In this document: piece by piece, positions 17,140 through 25,800 of the stretch
How the letters are laid out: every line of letters begins with the position of its first letter
Numbering within the stretch: the stretch's first letter is position 1
Assembly (NCBI GenBank): GCA_945861065.1
Contig: CAMASI010000012.1
Coordinates: 8,139-72,138 of the forward strand
Direction: 5' to 3'
Length of the DNA: 64,000 nucleotides
From: Klebsiella pneumoniae
GTDB taxonomy: Bacteria > Myxococcota_A > UBA796 > GCA-2862545
The notes under the pieces: model-generated
Told to the model about the DNA's origin: nothing
The model's input: the letters and a program-made list of their open reading frames with translations, nothing else
Databases searched by the model: none
Translations under genes and position numbers: made by a program

Positions 17140-19782
17140 ATGCGCACCACTCCCGCCCAATTCGAGCAGATCCTGGCGGCCGCGCCAGACCTCGCGGCCC
17201 GGTTCCTTCCCCGCGCCTCTACGGGGCCCACGTGGGCCCGGGCGCTCGGACCTCACCTGTGGGACCACAACGGCGACCGTTGGCTCGACGCTGCCGCTGG
17301 CGCCGCGTTCCTCGGGCGAAATCACCCGGGCGTGTCCCAAGCACTGGCAGACGTCCTGTCGATGGACCTTCCCAACCTCTGTGTCGTCAACGCATCAGCA
17401 CTCGGCGGCATGCTCGCTGGCCGGCTGATCGACCGAGCCGGTGGTGGTTTCGGCAAGGTATCCTTCGCCAACTCCGGCTCAGAAACGACCGAGGTCGCCC
17501 TCCGTTTCTGTCGTCAGATCACGCGTCGGCGTCGCTTTTTGTACCTGAAAGGCGCGATGCACGGCCGGTCGACGGGTGCCATTAGCGTCTGCGATTGGCC
17601 CGAACTGCGGGCTAATTTCGAGCCGGCGATGCCCACCACGATGGCCGTGCCGATCGACGACATCGCCAAACTCCGGAAAGAACTGCGCTTCGGCGACGTC
17701 GCAGGCCTCATCGTCGAACCCGTGCAGTCCATGACTGGGCACGCCCCGGACGCCGCTTGGTTGCGCGAAGCCGAATTGTTGTGCGAACAATACGGTACAA
17801 TTCTCGTCGTCAGCGAAGTCATGACCGGTCTCGGACGCACTGGGTCCTGGTTCCACAGCATTAGCAGTGGTGTGCGCCCAGGGATATTGACGGTCGGTGG
17901 TGCACTCTGCGGCGGGCAGACGCCGGTGGGGGCCGTGCTGGTCTCGGAGCCCATTTACGAACGCATTTATGCCGGATTTTCGTCGGGCCTCATTTACTTC
18001 TCAACGTTCGCGGAAAACAATCTGGCAATGGCAGCCGGAATCGCAACGCTCGACGCGCTCGAAGCCATGGATGCGCCCACAGTCGCTGCGGACCTCGGGG
18101 CCGCGCTTCACTCCGGACTTCAAGGGCTCGCGGCACGTGCAGGCGCCAGTGTACACGGCGCCGGATTGCTCGCCCACCTGCACCTTCCGGCCGAAAACGG
18201 CGCTGCCGCAACGCGGGTCGCCCAACGCATGGCCGACCAACATATTGCACTCCCGCCCAGCCCTCCCGGGTCGGACATCCTGAGGTTTCAGCTCCCGGTG
18301 GTCGCGGAACAATCCGACATCGCGGACTTGCTCGAATCCCTGGAAAACGCGCTCTTCGACCGGATTCCGCCCAAACGGACCGCTTCCGGCCCTCCGGAGC
18401 TTGAAACGGACGTGATCGGAGAGGTTCCAACCGCGTCCGCACACGACGCCTCGTCCGGCCCAGTGTTGACCGACGTGGACATCCTCGTTGTCGGCACCGG
18501 GCCTGGCGGTACCAGCGCAGCCATCGCGTTGGCCGAAGCGGGTCGACAGGTCCTCATGGTGGAGGCCGGTAACGGTAGTCCTGTGTTGTGGGACGGTGGG
18601 CTTCGTGCCACCCGTTCCGCCCTGCCCGCGCCGTCGATTCGCGGAATCGGCGGTGGCATGACGGTCGCAAGTCTGTGGACACGCCCCGACGGGCACAGCC
18701 TTCAGCGTTGGCGCGACGAACACGGCCTGCGCGACCTGGACGCCGACGGGCTGGCAGCGCACGCGACCGCGATCGAAACATGGTGGGACGGGGTTCCTCC
18801 CGTGGCCCCCACAGACGCGCGCGGACTGCGCTTCTCTGAAGCGCTCGGGGCGCGGGATCTGGCAGCGGAACCGGTGCGGATCGCGCCTACCTTTCAAGCC
18901 GACCGTCTCGCCCCCGTATTGGCAGCCGGCGGTACAATCATCGGAAACGTCGAGATCACGGCCTTGTTGGTCGATCAGGGGAGAGTCGCGGGAGCGACCG
19001 GAACCCGCCCCGACGGTAGCCACGTCCGCATCCACGCCCGTCACACCGTGCTCGCCGCAGGAGCCGTCGGTACCGCACTCCTCCTTCAAGGTCACGCGCC
19101 GGTCAGCGACCTGCGATTTCATCTGGAGGGCTACCTCCTGGCCCTGCTCCCAGACACGTTGGGCCCCTGGCCGGGGCCACTCGACGCAGCGCGCACGACC
19201 GCATGGCGTCAGCATGGTTTCGACGTGGACGTCGTACAACCCAACGTCGCCGACATCGCCAGCCGCTTCGGCGCGGAGCCCCGGGCGCTCAAGCGTGCGC
19301 TGAAGAAACTCGACCGCATGGTCGCACTTCGGGTGCGCGGCGACGCAGAAGGCTCGACCGGTCGTGTGCGATCAGGCCGAACCGGCTTGGTTCTCGATTG
19401 GGCGCCCACACAGGCCGACGTGGACCGCATGGTCATGGGTCTGACCGAAGCAGCGCGTTTGTTGGTGACGATGGGCGCGGAAACCGTCTGGGCAGGCGCG
19501 TCGGGCCTCCCCGAAGACTGCTCACCGGAAGATCTGGTGGTTGCCCTGACCACGGGCCGTTTTGCGGCCAACGACCTTGGGCTACGTGCCATTCACCCCC
19601 ACGGAACTGCAGCGATGGGTTCTGTGACACGGAAGAACGGCGCCGTGCTGGGCATCGACGATTTGTGGGTCGCCGACGCAAGCCTGTTGCCAAGCAGTCC
19701 AGGCGCCGACCCCGTCGTCACCGTCATGGCGCTTGGACACGCAGTCGGTTGCGCCATCGCTGCGTCAGGTACCGCTACGTAG
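17140..19782 (+). CDS. Fusion protein: an aminotransferase-III-like domain lacking the PLP Lys and Asp, joined to a GMC-family FAD oxidoreductase
   Basis: The N-terminal half is paralogous to the upstream gene (ANSGSETTEVALRFCR, FSTFAENNLAMAAG). It reads LVVSEVMTGLGR and ILTVGGALCGG where the upstream gene has DEVQTG and TVSKTLSGG. The C-terminal half has DILVVGTGPGGTSAAIALAEAGRQVLMVEAG and HPHGTAAMGS...LWVADASLLPSSPGADP. Confidence 0.8.
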   Translation: MRTTPAQFEQILAAAPDLAARFLPRASTGPTWARALGPHLWDHNGDRWLDAAAGAAFLGRNHPGVSQALADVLSMDLPNLCVVNASALGGMLAGRLIDRAGGGFGKVSFANSGSETTEVALRFCRQITRRRRFLYLKGAMHGRSTGAISVCDWPELRANFEPAMPTTMAVPIDDIAKLRKELRFGDVAGLIVEPVQSMTGHAPDAAWLREAELLCEQYGTILVVSEVMTGLGRTGSWFHSISSGVRPGILTVGGALCGGQTPVGAVLVSEPIYERIYAGFSSGLIYFSTFAENNLAMAAGIATLDALEAMDAPTVAADLGAALHSGLQGLAARAGASVHGAGLLAHLHLPAENGAAATRVAQRMADQHIALPPSPPGSDILRFQLPVVAEQSDIADLLESLENALFDRIPPKRTASGPPELETDVIGEVPTASAHDASSGPVLTDVDILVVGTGPGGTSAAIALAEAGRQVLMVEAGNGSPVLWDGGLRATRSALPAPSIRGIGGGMTVASLWTRPDGHSLQRWRDEHGLRDLDADGLAAHATAIETWWDGVPPVAPTDARGLRFSEALGARDLAAEPVRIAPTFQADRLAPVLAAGGTIIGNVEITALLVDQGRVAGATGTRPDGSHVRIHARHTVLAAGAVGTALLLQGHAPVSDLRFHLEGYLLALLPDTLGPWPGPLDAARTTAWRQHGFDVDVVQPNVADIASRFGAEPRALKRALKKLDRMVALRVRGDAEGSTGRVRSGRTGLVLDWAPTQADVDRMVMGLTEAARLLVTMGAETVWAGASGLPEDCSPEDLVVALTTGRFAANDLGLRAIHPHGTAAMGSVTRKNGAVLGIDDLWVADASLLPSSPGADPVVTVMALGHAVGCAIAASGTAT

Positions 19783-20577
19783 CCGGGCCACCAGCCCCTC
19801 ACATAACGCGCGGATTCCCTCGTCTTCAATCAGGCCCCGTCCCCGGCCTACCGAAGAGGTGTGGAGGTGGGCCACCATGGCCGGGTCCCATGCTGCGCCG
19901 AGCCAGCCAAACAGTGGCGCCAAAACTTCTACGGGTTTGCTCACGACATCGGCATATTCGACGACCCGAACGCGCTCATGAAACGCCAACTCCTGCGTCT
20001 CGAAGAGGCGGTTCCGGGCGTACCAAAACAACGCCGCGCCATCAAACGGCGTCAAATCATCCCGAAAATGGCGAAGCACTTCGCCGACGAGTGCCGCAGA
20101 CAGGCCCTCGCCGCGCCAACCCAATCGCTCGGTTTCCCCATCCCGAAGGCGGCGAATCAAATCGTTTTGATGGGCTCCCCATTTTTCGACGGCCGACCTT
20201 GCGACGTCTTCCGGCTGCCTCCAAATCCACACGACACGACACGACGGAAAACGCTCGAGCAAATGCACGGCCCGCTGTGAGTCCGCCAAGGCGTGAAAGG
20301 CGACGAGCGGCGCACCATCCCGGCGGATGATGTGCTCCAACACGTCGTCCTCCGCCAGTTGGGCGTTGCTGCCGTTCCGCCGCAACGGGTAGGCGGGGTC
20401 CGGGCGCATGCCGTACATCGGGTCGCGCTTGAGGTGATTGTGCGCCCATACTGAGGGGGAGCGCTCCAACACCTGCGTGAGCATTTGCGTGCCTGAACGT
20501 TGGCAGCCCAACACGAAAACGGGCACGCTGTTGCCTACCGGAGCAAGCCGATGGGCAAGCCGACGACGTGCCCGCAT
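19765..20577 (-). CDS. Sulfotransferase family protein
   Basis: VFVLGCQRSGTQMLTQVL is the PAPS-binding loop. The start was moved to MRARRRL (20577) to avoid overlap with the upstream gene. Confidence 0.7.
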   Translation of the reverse strand: MRARRRLAHRLAPVGNSVPVFVLGCQRSGTQMLTQVLERSPSVWAHNHLKRDPMYGMRPDPAYPLRRNGSNAQLAEDDVLEHIIRRDGAPLVAFHALADSQRAVHLLERFPSCRVVWIWRQPEDVARSAVEKWGAHQNDLIRRLRDGETERLGWRGEGLSAALVGEVLRHFRDDLTPFDGAALFWYARNRLFETQELAFHERVRVVEYADVVSKPVEVLAPLFGWLGAAWDPAMVAHLHTSSVGRGRGLIEDEGIRALCEGLVARLRSGT

Positions 20578-20636
20578 CCACTGGTGGGCGAGTCGTTGGG
20601 GCACACGAGTCAAACTAGGTGTCAGGACTGCCACAG

Positions 20637-21989
20637 CTAAAGCGCCGGCAAATTCTGGGCTAGATCGGTCACCAATGGCGCCGACAGAACGACCTGCGGT
20701 TCCAACGCAGCCCACAAGGCCTGAGCAATCGGGTCCGCGGGGTCATACAAGTCCGTCGTCTCGGTGGGGTCGGCGGCCCGGTCATACATGTCTACAGCCC
20801 CCGACCAGGAATATTCCATGCGGTAATCCCCCATTCGTACCGCTTGACGGGGCAACAGTCGGGTGACCGTCGACGAGAAGATCGGCCTGTCATAGGCCGC
20901 TTCACTCACCGGGATTCCGGTCACCTCCGCCGGGACATCTATGCCGTACAGTTTGAGCAACGTGGGTGCAAGGTCAATGGCCGACGTCGGCTCGTTCCAC
21001 GTTCCTTGCACGATATTTTTCGCCCAGAAAAGCATCAATCCGTCGTTCTCCTCGGGGCCAAGTTGGTAGGCGTGGCCTTGGTAACCGTGCTCAAAAAACC
21101 CCTCGCCGTGGTCATTCCACACCACCACCAACGTGTCCTCCAAAAGGCCGGCCGCGGCCACATCGATCCACATGGCTTCGAGCAGATTGTCCGTCCATTG
21201 TAATTCACCGTCATAACGAACGCGAAGGTGTTTTAGCAGGAGGTCCTGCTCCGCCTCGGTCATCGAGCCCCACTCCGCTATGGCCTGGTACTGTTCGTCT
21301 TTGTTGGCCAGGTCCCACGGCACGTCCGCCAATTCTTCGAGTCCGCTTAAGAACTCGACCGGCGGGTTGTAAGGCGCATGCGGCTCCTTGATGTGGAGGT
21401 GCAGGAACCAGCGGTCCACAAGTCCTGCGTTCCTGGCACTCTCAAGGCTCGTAATTCCCTCCGCTGAAATATTGAGGGCGGCTGCATTCGTGGGCAACCA
21501 CTCCTCGTCGAAGCCCTGGGTGCTTCGCCATTCCGGGCTGTACCAGGAGTTGCTGCTCACGACGATGCTATAAAATCCAGACGGCCGTAGCCAGTCCGGC
21601 AGCATCGGCGTGCCTTCGGGCATGGGCTCGCGAAACTCGTTGGACAATCTCGGCTCAAACCCATTCTCTTCGTGGGTCCGACCCAATAGATTTCCCGTCG
21701 TTCCCGCAAAGGTCCAGTTCGAAAGGGTTTGGTGTTCTGTCAGCGCGTAGCCGGAATCGTGCAGGCCATCGAGGAAGTCGGTGAGGCCCGTTCCACCATA
21801 GGCCTTCAACGAATCCCTGCGAAAGGTGTCCACCGAGATCCACAACAGGTTCTTCGGGACAAATCCATAGAAATTCGGCGTTGTTCCTATCGGATCGCCA
21901 TAATCTGCCGGGTTGACAGGCACCGGCGGCGGCGTAGGCTCACCCTCACCGCAGCCGGATAGAAAGGCCATCCACAACAAAGTAGGCAT
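20637..21989 (-). CDS. Sulfatase-like (alkaline-phosphatase superfamily) lipoprotein with a degenerate formylglycine motif
   Basis: Lipobox AFLSGC. LLWISVDTFRRD carries the metal-binding Asp, and VVWNDHGEGF is also present. The position of C/S-x-P-x-R reads SNWTFAGTTG, with no Pro or Arg. Confidence 0.7.
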   Translation of the reverse strand: MPTLLWMAFLSGCGEGEPTPPPVPVNPADYGDPIGTTPNFYGFVPKNLLWISVDTFRRDSLKAYGGTGLTDFLDGLHDSGYALTEHQTLSNWTFAGTTGNLLGRTHEENGFEPRLSNEFREPMPEGTPMLPDWLRPSGFYSIVVSSNSWYSPEWRSTQGFDEEWLPTNAAALNISAEGITSLESARNAGLVDRWFLHLHIKEPHAPYNPPVEFLSGLEELADVPWDLANKDEQYQAIAEWGSMTEAEQDLLLKHLRVRYDGELQWTDNLLEAMWIDVAAAGLLEDTLVVVWNDHGEGFFEHGYQGHAYQLGPEENDGLMLFWAKNIVQGTWNEPTSAIDLAPTLLKLYGIDVPAEVTGIPVSEAAYDRPIFSSTVTRLLPRQAVRMGDYRMEYSWSGAVDMYDRAADPTETTDLYDPADPIAQALWAALEPQVVLSAPLVTDLAQNLPAL

Positions 21990-22040
21990 GCACTCGTTGT
22001 AGCCCGGCGGCCGGGCCACCGCGCAAATCTGGAGTGGCTC

Positions 22041-22862
22041 ATGACCCTTGATCAACTCGTGACGGGCGTTCGCCCAGGCGATTTCGCCGTATTCGACGCG
22101 GACGGCACCCTCTGGACCGGTGACGTCACAGAATCGCTATTCGCCTCGCTGGTGCAACGGGACCTCAGGTTCGACCGGCTTCCGGACTCGCTCCAGCCGT
22201 ATCCAGCGCACCCCGGTGAAGACCCGTTCTCGTACTACTTGCGAATCACGAAGGCAGACATCTCGCTCGGCTATGCCTGGATTGCCTCCGCTTTCGCTGG
22301 CTACAGGCTCGGCGACCTGGTGGAGAGGCTCGAAGCCCTTCAGGAAGAGGCAAGGCCCCCCAGCGGCCCGCACGGCCCGATTGCCGCACCGCACGTCCGG
22401 CCGGAAATGGTCGCACTTCGTGCCGCGCTGGAGGAGCGGGGATGTGCGTGCTGGATCGTCAGCGCGTCCCCTGAGCCGCTCGTGCGCTGGCTCGCAACCC
22501 ACCCGCGTTTCGGTGCAGGATTCAACCCGGCCAGAATCATCGGTGTAGACGTGCTACTGCACAAGTCGGACGCGACGCTGTCTTGGGGCAGCTGCCGTGA
22601 ACACGGGACCGTTCCAGACCTGGCTGCTTTGCACAGCTACAAGATGGGCACGCTGCTCCGGTCACCCAATCCGTGGTTCGAGGGCAAGGTCGCCGCCATT
22701 CGGCGGTGGATCGCACAGACCGCAAATCCGTGGCTCGTCGCCGGCGACAGCCTCAACGACGTGCCCATGTTGTCGATCGCGCATCATCGGGTTTGGTGGG
22801 GAAGCGGTGCACCACCCGCTGAGCTGGGACCCGTGTCGGTCGGTCTAGTCCAGACCAAGTAA
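22041..22862 (+). CDS. HAD-superfamily hydrolase (subfamily IB-like)
   Basis: FAVFDADGTLW carries the DxDGT nucleophile motif. Also WIVSASPE and VAGDSLNDVPML. Confidence 0.75.
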   Translation: MTLDQLVTGVRPGDFAVFDADGTLWTGDVTESLFASLVQRDLRFDRLPDSLQPYPAHPGEDPFSYYLRITKADISLGYAWIASAFAGYRLGDLVERLEALQEEARPPSGPHGPIAAPHVRPEMVALRAALEERGCACWIVSASPEPLVRWLATHPRFGAGFNPARIIGVDVLLHKSDATLSWGSCREHGTVPDLAALHSYKMGTLLRSPNPWFEGKVAAIRRWIAQTANPWLVAGDSLNDVPMLSIAHHRVWWGSGAPPAELGPVSVGLVQTK

Positions 22863-25800
22863 TACTGTCAGGTTGTCGGATCCGAAGTTCGACGTGACCA
22901 CGTCGTCCAGGCCGTCGGCGTTGAGGTCCCATACGCCGACACCATAGGGCTGGTCGGCGGGCACAACCACCTCGACGGCGGCCGACCAATTCTCAGCGCC
23001 TAGCCCAAGTACGAAGCTGACGGAGTCGCGGCCCGGGTTGGACACCACGAAGTCAAGCAGCCCATCCCCGTTGAAGTCTCCCGTCGCTACGTCGGCCGTC
23101 AAAGCCGCCGCGCCACCCACCACGACGGGCACCACCTTTGGGGGTGCGAAGACCAGTGGCGTGGCTGTTCCCCCCAAGTAGGTCACGTCGTTCGTGTCTT
23201 CATTGGCCAACAGGACATCGAGGTCGCCGTCGCCGTCGAGGTCCTCTACGACCAAGGACACCGGGTCCTTGCCGGCGATTCCAACGCTGGTCAGCACCAT
23301 CGCCGCGCCGGTCGAAAACGCCCCGGTACCCGTGCCTCTGGCCACGTGCAGAGAATGGTCGAAGCGGCACGCCATGACGGCGTCGAGAACGAGGTCCTCA
23401 TCCATGTCGATGAGTTGTACATCCCTCGGCCCGTTGCACGGAAAGACCACCGATTCAAAGGTGAGGAGTCCGGCCACGTTCTCCATCGACACGAGTCCGT
23501 CATCAAACTCCGCGACGAAGACCGCGTCGAGATCGAGGTCACCGTCTACGTCGCCCAGCGCCCCAGCAGTCCCGAATTCGCCACCCCCTCCGGTGCTCGT
23601 TGCTGACGTCGTCCCAAAACTACCGGACGGGTTTTGCAGCCCAACGTAGGCCAACGACGTCGTACCCGACAGTGCAAAGACGTCGGGAAGGCCTGACAAA
23701 CCGATGGAACCGATGTCCACGCTGAACAGCGCGTCGGCCACACCGACGGACTGTGAGGACGTAAAGGAACCGTCGCCCAGGCCCGCGAGCACGGCAACAA
23801 ATCCACCATCCGACAACGAAACCGCCGCGTCCAGAAGGCCGTCTTCGTTGATGTCGCCCAACGCGACGTAGTCGGCACTCACGTCGCCGACGTACCCAGG
23901 CCACGCCCGGTAGGAACGCGGCACCGAAAAGGTCCCGTCACCTTGGTTGAGCACCACCACCAGGTCGGCGGACAACTCGCAGGCGACGACGATGTCGAGA
24001 TCACCGTCTGAGTCCAGGTCGCCGAGCACGACGTCGTCTGGGCCATCGCCGTCCGCACCGGAACCGACATGGATCCCGATGGCCGGATCGAAGGCCGCCC
24101 CTCCGGGTAGGCCAAACAACACGCTGATATCGTCGTCGTCGAGGTCCGCGGTGACGAGGTCAAACTGGCCGTCGCCATTGAGGTCACCCGCCGCCAGCCC
24201 ATGCGGCCCCTGCCCGCTGGTGGCACCTACGCCAAATAGGGTTTCAAATCGGACGGGCGCGCCAAGGCCCCCCACACCGTTGGCGACCAGCACGGTGACG
24301 TCGTTGGAGACGTAGTTTGCTGTCACGACGTCTTTCACGCCGTCGCCGGTGAAGTCTACGAGTACGATTTCCACCGGCTGGTCACCGCCAGGGCCAACCC
24401 GGGTTGTGAAGTTGCCAGAAAGCACGAAGGTGCCCGCGCCCAGGCCTTTAAGCACCGTCACGTCATCGCTGAACTGGTTTGCCGTGACGAGGTCGCCAAC
24501 GCCGTCGCCGGTCACATCACCGTAGGCCACATCGATGGGCCCATCACCAGCCGGCGCAACAAACGTCACGTATTTGGCGTTCGCCACAAAGGTCGAACCG
24601 CCGGAACCGAACAATACGACGACGTCGTCAGTCCCTTGATCCGCGCTCGCAGCGTCGAGGTCCCCGTCCCCATCAAAGTCAGCCAATACGATTCCGAGCG
24701 GCGACTTTCCGCCCAAGCTGATCAGTGTGGAGGATTTCGCCAATTCATTAATCGCACGGCCTGCACCGGTAAATGTATCGAGACGGTCGTTACCGTTCGC
24801 GGCCGAGACGACGTCGAGGTGACCGTCCTTGTTGACGTCCGCAATGGCGATTCCGGACGGTCTCACGCCGCTAACACGGGTCTGTGGTGGCCAAAGATCT
24901 CCGGACGGCAACCCGATCGCGACGGTGAATTCGTCCGACAACTCGTCCGCCACCACGACGTCAATTCGGCCATCGCCGTTGACATCGCCGAGGTCGAGGT
25001 ACCGAGGTCCATCCCCGTGCGCCAAGGGGTTGTTGTCGAGGGGGGCGATCAGCGCCGCGTCAAAACTGACCGTGGCCGACAGGCAGCTCTCGAAACAGGC
25101 GCCGCCGTGCGCACCGTTTGCAGCGCCGTCGTCGCACTCCTCACCTTCCTCGATAGCGCCATTCCCGCACCCGTCGAGGATGCAGACCGACGAACAACCA
25201 TCGCCATCGATCAGGTTGCCATCGTCACAGGCTTCGATTGCGTCACGAATGAAGCCGTCGCCGCAGGAGGCGGGTAAACAGTTGGACGGGCAGGCATCAT
25301 CGTCATCGATGTTGAAGTCGTCACACAACTCCCCGCCATCAATCACCCCATTTCCGCACGCTTCCGTGCTCAGGCAATCGGAAGAGCATCCATCACCATC
25401 GGCGACGCCGCCGTCGTCACAGCGCTCGAATTCGTCCCAGATGAAACCGTCACCACACGAGGCGGGCTGACAGACCGAACAGGAATCGGTCTCGTTATCG
25501 TTGGCGTCGTCGCAGATTTCTCCCGGATCGAGTGCGCCATTTCCGCAAGTTTCTAGCAAACAGGCGGGGCTGCAGCCGTCCCCGGGAAACAGATTGCCGT
25601 CGTCGCACAACTCGCCCGTACTGTGAATTCGGCCATCACCGCAGGTCGCCGGACGGCAGGTGGAGGGGCAATCGTCGGTGTCGTCGAGGTCCCCGTCATC
25701 ACACAGCTCGCCAGCGTCGAGGTTTCCATCCCCACAGGTGTCGAGCACGCAGGACGAGGAACAACCGTCGCCGTCGAACAGGTTGCCATCGTCGCACCCT

